A DNA stretch of 44,315 nt, from positions 1-44,315 of the forward strand of contig CAYGQN010000001.1 in assembly GCA_964351795.1 (NCBI GenBank). The letters run 5' to 3'. This DNA is from an uncultured Gammaproteobacteria bacterium. GTDB lineage: Bacteria; Pseudomonadota; Gammaproteobacteria; JADZEE01. Shown piece by piece: positions 35,779-44,315 of this stretch (positions within the stretch are counted from its first letter, which is position 1; each line of letters opens with the position of its first letter). The position numbers were made by a program, and so were the translations under genes. The notes beneath the pieces were generated by a model. That model saw only the letters and a program-made list of their open reading frames with translations. It was not told the DNA's origin and made no database searches.

Positions 35779-35913
35779 TTGGCGTCATCAAGAGCGGATG
35801 GGCGCGAAGTCTACGATGAGTTGCGGCAGCTCTCCGAACTGCGGGCCGACGGCACCCTGACCGAAGCGGAGTTCCAGGCCGAGAAGGCGAAAATCCTGGA
35901 CAGAACCGAATAA
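35779..35913 (+). other. SHOCT-motif small ORF or gene fragment
   Basis: The C-terminal YDELRQLSELRADGTLTEAEFQAEKAKILD matches the SHOCT short C-terminal domain pattern (L..L..L...G.IT.EEF...K..IL). Only a TTG (35779) is available as a nearby start. The upstream in-frame sequence is Arg-rich and not protein-like. Confidence 0.3.
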
Positions 35914-36059
35914 GGCATCCCGGGCCGCCGCCCGGCATTGCCTGCAGCGGCGGCCGGCCACCACGCGTTGCCGGGCGAGGAACCGCCGGGCAGCGCATCG
36001 GGAGCGGCACTTAGTTGTTATGATGGCTGCGGGGAAAACAGCCGAGAGGGAACTCCACG

Positions 36060-37034
36060 ATGACACCGCGTCGCATCCGCGCCCGTATTCTTGCCGTTTC
36101 TTTCGCCGCATGGGCGCTGCTGCCCGCGACGCTGCCTGCCGAGGGCACGGCCACGCGCAGCCCGGCCGCGCCAGACAACAGCCAGGAGATCGTCACCAAT
36201 GCCGGTGGCGTCACCGCGCTCAACCCCGGGCGCACCCCGGTGGTCTCGCAGGACAACTACACCTCGGTGACCAGCGTGGAGGTGGATGCGGACAACGGCA
36301 TCATCCGCGGCTACTCCGAATTCGACATGGACGCCGACCAGTTGCTGCCGGACGGTAGCGTCATCGGCTCTACCTCAACCGGCGTGCTGACGATCCAGGG
36401 CACGGCCGCGGCGGCGGCGCCTTTCGACATGACGCTGAACCTGGCCCTGGACGGGCAGTTCATCGTCAACGACGGCCAGCCCTCGCTGCTGCTGGTGGGC
36501 AACCTCAACGCCACCACGTTCAGCATTGCCGACCCGCTGGCCGGCACCATCTTCCAGTCGCAGCTCATCTTCGAGCTGACGCTGGCGGACGGCGTGTATA
36601 CGCCGAACACCCTGTTCACCGGTGTGCAGAGCCCGCTGGCGGGCTCGCAGTCCCCGTTCGCGGGCGCTTCGGCGACCGTCATCAACGATGTCCCCGGGGA
36701 CCTGGACGCCATCATCAGCCTGACCTTCAGCGTGCAGCCGGGCGACAGCATCCTCATCTCCTCGGTGGTGTCCGGCATCGCCACGGCGCAACCGGGTGAT
36801 GGCGCCATCGACGACAGCCTGGATGTGCGCGCTTCGGCCGGGGCGGTGGATTTCTCCAGCAGCGGGGTGCTCGGGATCGTGCTGCCCGAGGGCGCTTCGA
36901 TCATCGCCGACACCGCCGGCGACGCCGCCCTGCTGGCCAACATCGTGCAGGTGCAGCCGATACCGTTGCCGGCGGCGCTGTGGCTGTTCGCGCCGGCCCT
37001 GGTGGCCGTGGCGGGGCGCCGGCGCCGCGCCTGA
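36060..37034 (+). CDS. VPLPA-CTERM sorting-domain secreted protein
   Basis: Signal peptide ...ILAVSFAAWALLPATLPAEG. C-terminus VQPIPLPAALWLFAPALVAVAGRRRRA has the (V/I)PLPA motif, a TM helix and an Arg cluster, a PEP-CTERM variant. Confidence 0.85.
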   Translation: MTPRRIRARILAVSFAAWALLPATLPAEGTATRSPAAPDNSQEIVTNAGGVTALNPGRTPVVSQDNYTSVTSVEVDADNGIIRGYSEFDMDADQLLPDGSVIGSTSTGVLTIQGTAAAAAPFDMTLNLALDGQFIVNDGQPSLLLVGNLNATTFSIADPLAGTIFQSQLIFELTLADGVYTPNTLFTGVQSPLAGSQSPFAGASATVINDVPGDLDAIISLTFSVQPGDSILISSVVSGIATAQPGDGAIDDSLDVRASAGAVDFSSSGVLGIVLPEGASIIADTAGDAALLANIVQVQPIPLPAALWLFAPALVAVAGRRRRA

Positions 37035-37097
37035 GGTGCCGGCCGCGGGCGCGCATCATCCGTCGTGCGGCTCTGCCTGCCGCGCCGGGATCCGCTC

Positions 37098-37556
37098 ATG
37101 AAAAAGCGTTCCGTGACCATCCGGGCGGCGTGGATCTCCGCGCTGGCAGTGATCGCCTCGGCCCTCATCACCGGGGTGTTCCTGCTGCTGGACGAGCCGG
37201 CACCGGGCACCGCCGAAACCTCAGAGATCCCGCTGCAATCCCTGCTGCTGCAACTGCCGCCGGGCTCGAAGGTGACCATTCTTGTCGAGGGTGCCGGCAC
37301 GGAAGCAGGCGGGGCCCTGCAGGCGAAGTTCGAGAAGGTCATTGCCGGTCAGGCCACGCTGGAACTGGTGGAGCCGGCGCTCGTAGAGGGCATCGTGCAA
37401 AGCCTCGGCCCGCTCGATGAATCCGCACTGGCCCAATCGGCCTCGCAGTTGAACACCGTGGTGGACTACATCCTGCTGGCCCGCCCATCGGCGGGCAGCG
37501 TGGCTCTGCTGCGCGTGGCCACCGGGGAGATGCTTGCCGCGGCCGCCTTGCCCTGA
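37098..37556 (+). CDS. hypothetical membrane-anchored protein
   Basis: ATG at 37098 (MKKRSVTIRAAWISALAVIASALITGVFLLL), then a soluble domain of about 120 aa. Backbone-like codon usage. Confidence 0.6.
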   Translation: MKKRSVTIRAAWISALAVIASALITGVFLLLDEPAPGTAETSEIPLQSLLLQLPPGSKVTILVEGAGTEAGGALQAKFEKVIAGQATLELVEPALVEGIVQSLGPLDESALAQSASQLNTVVDYILLARPSAGSVALLRVATGEMLAAAALP

Positions 37557-37615
37557 TGCCTGCCGCAGCCCGGCAACACGCGCGCAGCGACTGCCGTCAG
37601 ACACGCATCAGCGCA

Positions 37616-39787
37616 TCAGAAACGCCATGACAGCATGGCCCGCAGCTGGCGCGGTTCCACCGGGTGCAGGTGGACATCCTCCACGCCGCCGCGTTCGGCC
37701 AGGCCGGCGCCACAGGCCGCCGCGGGATCCTCCGGCAGGCAGGAGGCGAAGAAATAGCTGATGTCCGGGTCCCTGGCATCCAGCAGGTTGAACACATCCA
37801 GTGTCAGCGTGAGCTGCTCGCCGAAGCGGTAGCCGGCGCGCAGGTTGAGCATGGTGGTGGCGTCGGCCTTCACCGCGCCGTCTTCGCTGAGCGGGCTGTC
37901 GCCGAAGTGTCGCAGCCGCAGGGCGCCGAACAGGCCGCCCGGCAGATCGAGGCTGGCACCGGCGGTGATGACCCGGCCCACGGCGTTCGGGATCTCCCGC
38001 TCGCGACCGGCCGTGAAGCGGGACTCGGTCAGGGCCACGTCGAGGTCCAGGGTCAGCCAGCGGTTGACGCGATAGAAGTTGGACCATTCCACGCCGTAGC
38101 GCCGCGACTGCCCGGCGGGTTCGGTGGTGCCGGCATCGCCGACGAACACAAGCTCGGAATCCAGTTCCAGGTACCACAGTGCCAGGGTGGACTGCAGCCC
38201 ATCGATCAGCGTCGTGCGCAGGCCGAGTTCAGTGCCGGTTGATTTCACCAGCGGATCCACCGGCTCGGCCGGACCACCGCTGGCCGGGTCCACGCGCGTG
38301 ACCGTGCCGCGCGCATCGTTGCTGTGGAACGCCTGGCCCACATTCAGGTACAGCTCGGTGCTGCGCCAGGGCCCGAGGATGAGGCCGGCCTTGGGGCTGA
38401 AGATGGTGTCGGCCTCGCTGCCGGTATTGGCGGCGAGCGAGCTGTTCACGTCGAAGCGGAAATGGTCCACGCGCAGGCCCAGCTCCAGACGCAGCCAGGG
38501 CGTGAGCCGCGCCTGGTTGGAGACGAACAGGCCGAGGCTGGTTTGCCTGGCCGAGTCGTCGCGCACGGCGCCCAGGAAGCGCCTGCCGCGGCTGCGTGAC
38601 AAGGCCACGTCGGCAATGCGGTCGTGGCGCAGTTGCAGGCCGACCCGGGTGCCGGAGGGCGCGCCGAGCAGGTCGTGGTCAACGGCCCAGGCCGTGTTCA
38701 GGCCGAGCATCCAGCGACGATCCTGCTGCGTGATCTGGTCCCCGTTGACGGGATCATCCAGGAAATAGGTGAAGTTGGAGAACAACGAGAAATCCGAGTA
38801 CACCGCGTAGACGTTGGCGTCGAACTGCGTATCCCCGCTTGCGCGGGCCAGCTCCAGGTTCGCGCTGTAGCGCGTGGTGCGCCCGCCAAGGCTGTCGTCG
38901 ATGCTGCCCAGGCGGGAGATTCGGCCGCGCTCGATGGCTCGCAGGGGCACCTGGTCGGTTGAATCCCAGTTCGCGTCGTAGGCCAGCAACGACAGGGCGT
39001 AGCCGGTGTCTTGCAGCTGGCCGGTGTACTTGAGCATCGCATTGAGCTTGTGGGCGTTCTCCTCCTGCACCCAGGGGCCGTCGTAGTGCTGGGCTTCCAC
39101 GGCCGCCAGCAGATCACCGGCGCCGAGCCTGGTCGAACCCGCCGCGACACCGCGGTAGAAGCCGTTCTCGCCCACCGACACGTTCAGGAGGGCATCGTGC
39201 AGGTGCCGGCGCGTGCGGTAGCGCGCGTAACCCGCGGAGGAGAAATCCCCCACGTCCGCGTAGTAGGGGCCCTTGCCGAAGGCGATGTCCTCCACCAGCT
39301 CGGGGATGATCGGGTTCAGGTCAAGATAGCCCTGGCCATGACCGTGGGTGGGCAGGTTCAGGGGCACGCCGTCGAGAAAGCCGGCGAAGTCGGTGCCATG
39401 GTCCAGGTTGAAACCGCGCAGGAAGTACTGGTTCGCCTTGCCCGTACCCGAATGCTGGGTAACAGCGGCCCCCGGCACCACCTCCAGCAACTCACCGCTG
39501 CGCAGCAGGGGCCGGCGCGCCAGGTCGGCAGCGCCGATCCGACCCTGCGAGGCCGAGCCGGCTGTGCCGGTGAGATCCAGGGCGCGGCCGCTCACGGTGA
39601 CCTGCTCCATCGCATCCTCGTGGCCGTGCACGGCTGCAAGCGTGAACACGGCGCAGGCGGTGGCAAGGGTACGCACCAGGGCGGCCGGCCGGCGCGGCGG
39701 ACGGGCGACGTGCGATGCGGCCGACGTGTCGGCCGGCAAGGTGGCTGCGCTGCGTACCGGTGAGGCCGGGGCCCGGTATCCCTGCAT
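37616..39787 (-). CDS. TonB-dependent outer-membrane receptor
   Basis: 723 aa. Plug-domain-like N-terminus (MEQVTVSGRALD...GAVTQHSGTGKANQYFLRGFNLDHGTD), beta-barrel repeats, terminal ...LRAMLSWRF ending in an aromatic residue. Confidence 0.9.
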   Translation of the reverse strand: MQGYRAPASPVRSAATLPADTSAASHVARPPRRPAALVRTLATACAVFTLAAVHGHEDAMEQVTVSGRALDLTGTAGSASQGRIGAADLARRPLLRSGELLEVVPGAAVTQHSGTGKANQYFLRGFNLDHGTDFAGFLDGVPLNLPTHGHGQGYLDLNPIIPELVEDIAFGKGPYYADVGDFSSAGYARYRTRRHLHDALLNVSVGENGFYRGVAAGSTRLGAGDLLAAVEAQHYDGPWVQEENAHKLNAMLKYTGQLQDTGYALSLLAYDANWDSTDQVPLRAIERGRISRLGSIDDSLGGRTTRYSANLELARASGDTQFDANVYAVYSDFSLFSNFTYFLDDPVNGDQITQQDRRWMLGLNTAWAVDHDLLGAPSGTRVGLQLRHDRIADVALSRSRGRRFLGAVRDDSARQTSLGLFVSNQARLTPWLRLELGLRVDHFRFDVNSSLAANTGSEADTIFSPKAGLILGPWRSTELYLNVGQAFHSNDARGTVTRVDPASGGPAEPVDPLVKSTGTELGLRTTLIDGLQSTLALWYLELDSELVFVGDAGTTEPAGQSRRYGVEWSNFYRVNRWLTLDLDVALTESRFTAGREREIPNAVGRVITAGASLDLPGGLFGALRLRHFGDSPLSEDGAVKADATTMLNLRAGYRFGEQLTLTLDVFNLLDARDPDISYFFASCLPEDPAAACGAGLAERGGVEDVHLHPVEPRQLRAMLSWRF

Positions 39788-39930
39788 GGTGAGCTGTCCC
39801 TGCGAGTGACTGGCAATAGTGCCGCAGGGCTGAGGCTTGCATCAACGTCGCCTGTTATGGCCAGCGATGCAGTCAGGACATCAGGGCATCGGCCTGCGGT
39901 GCCGCGCGCGGCGCCGATACCGGCGGGTGC

Positions 39931-40908
39931 TCAGAGCCAGCCGCGGCGCTTGAAGTACCACAGCGGCACCAGGGCCGAGATGACCATCATGACCAGCGCC
40001 CCGGGATAGCCGAACGGCCAGTCGAGTTCGGGCATGAAGTGGAAATTCATACCGTAGATCGAGGCGATCAGCGTCGGTGGCAGGAAGGCGACCGCGGCCA
40101 CTGAGAAGATCTTGATGATGGCGTTCTGCTCGATGTTGATGAGCCCCAGGGTGGCGTCGAGCAGAAAGGTGATCTTGCTGGTGAGCGAACCGGAATGCTC
40201 GATCAGCGAGCGGCAGTCGCGGGACAGGGTCTTCAGCCGCGCCCGCAGGTGCTTGTCGTCGCCGTGCATCTGGATGTAATGCCCGAGAAACCCGAACATG
40301 CGCTCCAGCGACACCAGGCACTCCAGGATGCTGGAGGTCAGGTCCCCCTTCCTGCCGATGGCCTCCAGCAGCGAACGGAAATCCGCCGCTGGCGCGGGCT
40401 TGCCATCCTGCTTGCGGCGGAACACCTGGCCGGACAGGGCGTTGATGTCGCGGCCGGCACGTTCGAGCACGTCGGCAAGCCGGTCGATCTGCAACTCCAG
40501 CAGAATCACCAGGACATCGATGCCGCGGCTGCCCGCCACCGGGGCGGCGGCGGCGCGCATGGGCAGGGTCTTGAAGGCGCGCGGCTCATGGTAGCGCACG
40601 GTCACCAGGCGATCCTCACTGAGCACGAAGGACACCGGCGCCAGGGTCGGTTCGTCGCCATCGGTATGCGAGGGCAGGGTGGCGGTCATGATGGCCGCGT
40701 CGCCGTCGTAGTACAGCCGCGAGGATATCTCGATTTCCTCCATTTCCTCGCGCGTGGGAATGTCCACGCCGAGCGCGGCCTCCACCGCGTGCTCCTCGGC
40801 CTTGTCCGGCGCCTGCAGGTCGAGCCAGACCGCATCGCGCAGGGCGGTTTCGGCGGCCGGTGCCGCTTTCAGGCGGCCGTGGTCATTGCAGTACAGATCA
40901 ATCATCAC
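39931..40908 (-). CDS. corA: CorA-family magnesium/cobalt transporter
   Basis: YGMNF signature before the last TM helix, two C-terminal TM helices, terminal WYFKRRGWL. Confidence 0.92.
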   Translation of the reverse strand: MMIDLYCNDHGRLKAAPAAETALRDAVWLDLQAPDKAEEHAVEAALGVDIPTREEMEEIEISSRLYYDGDAAIMTATLPSHTDGDEPTLAPVSFVLSEDRLVTVRYHEPRAFKTLPMRAAAAPVAGSRGIDVLVILLELQIDRLADVLERAGRDINALSGQVFRRKQDGKPAPAADFRSLLEAIGRKGDLTSSILECLVSLERMFGFLGHYIQMHGDDKHLRARLKTLSRDCRSLIEHSGSLTSKITFLLDATLGLINIEQNAIIKIFSVAAVAFLPPTLIASIYGMNFHFMPELDWPFGYPGALVMMVISALVPLWYFKRRGWL

Positions 40909-41394
40909 GCTGGGCTCGGTTGCGCGGGGGCGGCTTCGCCGTTACCGCGGGTTCAGGGAGTCGGGTCGCGCCCTGTGGCGCTGGCAGGCCCGCCCTTGCC
41001 GCCCCGTGTCGTCAGCACAGCAATCGCGGGCGCCGGGCGTGGCGCTCACGGCCCCGCCGCAGCGCTCCCAGGGGACCGGCGGGCGCCATGCGCGGGCAGA
41101 CCCGGCCGTCGACGGCGCGCGCGCCGGTTGCCACGGTACATGTTACCCGCGTTATCATGCTGCGCTGCGGAAGACGTCATTCGCAAGCGGTGCTCCGGCT
41201 CCCGCGCCCGTCACACACTGTGCGAAGCCGCAGGGCCACGCCCAGCGGCGCGCGAGCGCCGGCACGCTCGTCCCGATGACCACTCAGCCAGCAAACGGGT
41301 AGCCCATGATCAACCTGCTTGAACGGATGGCCCAATCGCGGCCTTTGCAGCACACACCGGGCGGTACACGCCTTCCCTGCCGGGGTTTGCGGCC

Positions 41395-42438
41395 ATGAGC
41401 GCGGCCGCCAAGCCGGTCAACCTCGCCCTGCAGGGTGGCGGTGCACACGGCGCGTTCACCTGGGGCGTGCTGGACCACCTCCTGGCGGACGGGCGCCTGT
41501 TGATTGCCGGCGTGTCCGGCACCTCGGCGGGCGCGATGAATGCGGTGGCGCTGGCGGACGGCTACACGCGTGATGGGCCCGAGGGTGCGCGGGTGGCGCT
41601 GGATCGCTTCTGGCGCAGCATGAGCGCGAGCGTCAAGGCCAGCCCGCTGCGGCGCACGCCGCTCGACAAGCTCACCGGCAACTGGGGCCTGCAGAACAAC
41701 CCCGTCTACCATGCCATGAACGCGCTTGGGCGGGTGGCATCGCCCTACCAGCTCAATCCGCTGAACATCAACCCGCTGAAAGACCTGCTGGAGCAGAGCA
41801 TCGACTTCGACATGGTGCGCAAGTGCACCGCGTTCAAGTTGTTCATCTCGGCGACGAACGTCGAGACCGGCAAGGTGCGGGTGTTCCCGCGTGAGCGGCT
41901 CACCGCCGACATGGTGATGGCCTCGGCCTGCCTGCCGAACCTGTACCAGGCGGTGGAGATCGACGGCGTGCCGTACTGGGACGGCGGTTACATGGGCAAC
42001 CCCGCCCTGTTCCCCTTCTACGGCAAGACCGGCACCAACGACACCGTGGTGGTGCAGATCAACCCCGTTGAACGCAAGGGCGCACCGCGCACGCCCGAGG
42101 ACATCCAGAACCGCATCAACGAGATCAGCTTCAATGCCAGCCTGCTGAAGGAACTGCGTTCCATCGACTTCGTGGATCGCCTGATCCGCGAGGGCAAGCT
42201 GTCCGCCGGGCAGTACAACCAGGTGCGCATCCACATCGTGCAGAACTGCCCTGAACTCTCGGCGCTCGGCGCCTCGTCGAAGATGAACGTGGAGCTGGAC
42301 TTCCTGCTCAAGCTGCGTGACCTCGGGCGCAGCACCTGCGCGGCCTGGCTGGACGAGCACTTCGATGCCATCGGCCACCGCAGCACCGTGGACCTGCGCG
42401 AGATGTTCGAGGCCACCGGCTCCGAGCACCAGGGCTGA
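41395..42438 (+). CDS. patatin-like phospholipase
   Basis: Oxyanion-hole LQGGGAHGAF, nucleophile elbow GTSAGA (GxSxG), catalytic Asp in YWDGGY. Confidence 0.9.
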   Translation: MSAAAKPVNLALQGGGAHGAFTWGVLDHLLADGRLLIAGVSGTSAGAMNAVALADGYTRDGPEGARVALDRFWRSMSASVKASPLRRTPLDKLTGNWGLQNNPVYHAMNALGRVASPYQLNPLNINPLKDLLEQSIDFDMVRKCTAFKLFISATNVETGKVRVFPRERLTADMVMASACLPNLYQAVEIDGVPYWDGGYMGNPALFPFYGKTGTNDTVVVQINPVERKGAPRTPEDIQNRINEISFNASLLKELRSIDFVDRLIREGKLSAGQYNQVRIHIVQNCPELSALGASSKMNVELDFLLKLRDLGRSTCAAWLDEHFDAIGHRSTVDLREMFEATGSEHQG

Positions 42439-42585
42439 GGCACCGGCCCGGCGCCCTGCCGCGTTGGCGTTTGTTGCACAACTGTCGCTGAACTGACCGG
42501 GGCCGGTAACAGGGCCCCGCTAGCCTCATCGGCTTTGGATCCGGCGCTGCCGGATCATCGCCAATCCGATGAGGGGAGTTCAGCC

Positions 42586-44217
42586 ATGACGATCACGAAA
42601 GACGGGGCAGGCACGCCCGCGCTGCAGAGCCCGCGGCGCCGGCAGCTGCTGGCCGGTGCGGCCCTGACGGGGGGCATCATCGCGGCGCCGGCCATCGCCG
42701 GGCCACTACGCAGCGGCTGGGGCGAAGAGAACCTCGCCAGCGATCTGTTCACGCTCGGTGTCGGCTCGGGCGACCCGGGCGCGCGCTCGGTGGTCATCTG
42801 GACGCGCCTGGCACCGGATCCCCTCAACGGGGGCGGCATGGGTGACAAGCCCACCGCCGTGCGCTGGCGCATCGCCACCGATCCGGCGATGAACAACATC
42901 GTGCGCGAAGGCTCCGTCATCGCCCATCCGCGCAACGGCCACGCCATCCGGCGGACGGTGTACGGCCTGATGGCCGATACCTGGTACTACTTCCAGTTCG
43001 AGCACCGCGGCAGCTTCAGCCGCATCGGCCGCACCCGCACCTTCCCGTCGCCGGGCACGATGCCCGCGGCCATGCGCTTCGCCCTGGCCTCCTGCCAGCG
43101 CTACGAAACCGGCTTCTACGCCGCCTACCGCGACATGGCGCAGCAGGATCTCGATTTCGTGGTGCACGTGGGCGATTACATCTATGAAGGCGCCGCCAGC
43201 CCGTCGGTGCCGGCCGAGCGGCGGCACAACGGCGCGGAGATCGTGTCGGTGGCGGATTACCGCAACCGCTATGCGCTGTACCGCCTCGACCGGGATCTTC
43301 AGGACACCCATGCCGCTTTCCCGTTCATCACCACCTGGGATGACCACGAAGTCGACAACAACTATGCCGCGCTCATCCCCGAGGATGACCAGACCGCGGC
43401 GGCTTTCCTCGAAAGACGCGCCAACGCCTACCAGGTGTACGCGGAAACCATGGCCCTGCGACCGTTCGTGCGGGCCCGGCGCGAATCCATGAACCTGTAC
43501 CGCCGCCTGCGCTTCGGTGATCTTGCCGAGTTCAACGTGCTGGATTCGCGCCAGTACCGCAGCGACCAGGTCTGCGGTGATGGCCTGGCCGCCCTGCAGG
43601 CCTGTGCGGACATCCTCGATGACAGCAACACCATGCTCGGTGATCGCCAGGAGCGCTGGCTGTTCCAGGGCCTGAGCCGGTCGCGCTCCGTGTGGAACGT
43701 GCTGGCACAGCAGGTGATGATGATGCAGTGGGACCTCGGTTCGGTGGTCGGCCCCGGGCTGAACGTGTTCAACGTGGATGCCTGGGACGGCTATCGCGTC
43801 GCGCGGAACCGTGTCATGCAGTTCCTGGACACCGCCGGCATCAGCAATCCCATCGTGCTCACCGGCGACATCCACTCGTCCTGGGCCGCGGACCTGAAGG
43901 CGGACTTCGATGATCCGGCCTCTGCCGGCGTGGGGGCCGAGTTCGTGTGTTCGGGCCTGACCTCCTCCTTCGGCGACGACAACCACGCTGCCGTGCTGGC
44001 CACCCTGCCCGCCAACCCGCATATCCGCTACTTCGACGGCCTGCATCGCGGCTATGCCATCTGCGAGGCCAACCCCAGCCACTGGGTGACCACCTTCCGT
44101 GCCGTGGATCGGGTGGCCGACCCGATATTCACGGTGCCCGCGCGGGACATCGCCGTGCGCGACCTGTCGGCCTGGAGCCTGAACAACGGCCAGCCCGGCC
44201 TGAACCAGGTGCTCTGA
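42586..44217 (+). CDS. phoD: PhoD-family alkaline phosphatase/phosphodiesterase with Tat signal
   Basis: GAGGGGAG RBS before the ATG at 42586. Twin-arginine signal SPRRRQLLAGAALTGG. Metallophosphatase motifs HVGDYIYE, WDDHEVDNN, LTGDIHSSW. Confidence 0.9.
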   Translation: MTITKDGAGTPALQSPRRRQLLAGAALTGGIIAAPAIAGPLRSGWGEENLASDLFTLGVGSGDPGARSVVIWTRLAPDPLNGGGMGDKPTAVRWRIATDPAMNNIVREGSVIAHPRNGHAIRRTVYGLMADTWYYFQFEHRGSFSRIGRTRTFPSPGTMPAAMRFALASCQRYETGFYAAYRDMAQQDLDFVVHVGDYIYEGAASPSVPAERRHNGAEIVSVADYRNRYALYRLDRDLQDTHAAFPFITTWDDHEVDNNYAALIPEDDQTAAAFLERRANAYQVYAETMALRPFVRARRESMNLYRRLRFGDLAEFNVLDSRQYRSDQVCGDGLAALQACADILDDSNTMLGDRQERWLFQGLSRSRSVWNVLAQQVMMMQWDLGSVVGPGLNVFNVDAWDGYRVARNRVMQFLDTAGISNPIVLTGDIHSSWAADLKADFDDPASAGVGAEFVCSGLTSSFGDDNHAAVLATLPANPHIRYFDGLHRGYAICEANPSHWVTTFRAVDRVADPIFTVPARDIAVRDLSAWSLNNGQPGLNQVL

Positions 44218-44261
44218 CATCTTCGTGCGCCTGCACGGTGGGTCGACCGGGCGCGACGGGA

Positions 44262-44287
44262 TTCGCGGCTGAAGCCGCTCCTACAGG
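44262..44287. repeat. REP-like palindromic unit downstream of phoD
   Basis: TTCGCGGCTGAAGCCGCTCCTACAGG contains the hairpin GCGGC-TGAA-GCCGC followed by CTCCTACAG. This is the layout I recall for gamma-proteobacterial REP elements (..CGCG-hairpin-GCTCCTACA..). Only one copy is in the window, so repetitiveness cannot be shown here. Confidence 0.35.
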
Positions 44288-44315
44288 AGGTGGCGAAGCG
44301 CTGCGGGGGTCGCGG

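Noticed and set aside
36311-37342. 343-aa minus-strand ORF
   Set aside because: It is antisense to the VPLPA-CTERM protein gene, which has a signal peptide and sorting signal. The product is Ser/Ala/Pro-rich shadow sequence.
39788-39930. Possible riboswitch (e.g. cobalamin) or Fur box upstream of the TonB-dependent receptor
   Set aside because: The spacer is only about 140 nt. I could not see the conserved B12-box or a 19-bp Fur palindrome. The only feature is a GCCGCGCGCGGC palindrome, more likely tied to the corA 3' end.
40195-42429. ORFs 40195..41322 (+) and 41284..42429 (-)
   Set aside because: They are antisense to corA and to the patatin-like gene respectively, and extend across the 486-nt GC-rich spacer. 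No motifs are present.
42706-44220. 504-aa minus-strand ORF
   Set aside because: It is antisense to phoD, which has a Tat signal and metallophosphatase motifs.
1-44315. CRISPR arrays, rRNA and tRNA genes, and an integrase or att repeats at the island borders
   Set aside because: Scanning by eye found no regularly spaced direct repeats, no cloverleaf-type sequences near 2506-2817 or 16640-16810, and no tyrosine or serine recombinase motifs in any frame. Absence should be confirmed with tRNAscan-SE, Infernal and CRISPR finders.

Overview
High-G+C proteobacterial chromosomal segment. The backbone genes have GC3-rich codon usage. They are: thiolase and acyl-CoA ligase (1-2505), amidase, an RND efflux pair, an aldehyde dehydrogenase / reductase / SDR / KatG cluster, PEP-CTERM and VPLPA-CTERM sorted proteins, a TonB-dependent receptor, CorA, a patatin-like lipase and PhoD. 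Between about 2.5 kb and 16.8 kb the backbone is interrupted by a roughly 14 kb block that is lower in G+C by eye and reads as a defence island. I found no integrase, tRNA or flanking direct repeat for it. Island contents in order: (i) a very low-G+C cassette with a small beta-class DNA methyltransferase followed 63 nt later by a Hanks-type Ser/Thr kinase with an unknown ~100 aa N-terminal domain, plus two divergent secreted proteins; (ii) a complete type I R-M locus in the unusual order hsdR-hsdS-(FitA-like RHH gene)-hsdM; (iii) a divergent Mrr type IV restriction gene; (iv) an orphan membrane-anchored protein; (v) three toxin-antitoxin loci whose toxins are all damaged (5'-truncated and frameshifted brnT with intact brnA, a PIN/HTH stub, and doc broken by one extra G in a G7 run with intact phd); (vi) an uncharacterised protein with a PD-(D/E)xK-like motif. 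The best candidate for an undescribed system is the methyltransferase + kinase pair (2818-4683). Outside the island there are a degraded IS256-family transposase, two ORF-poor stretches (about 23.3-24.5 kb and 31.1-32.9 kb), and two strong hairpins between convergent genes. No rRNA, tRNA or CRISPR array was recognised. All family calls come from motif recognition by eye; no database search was run.
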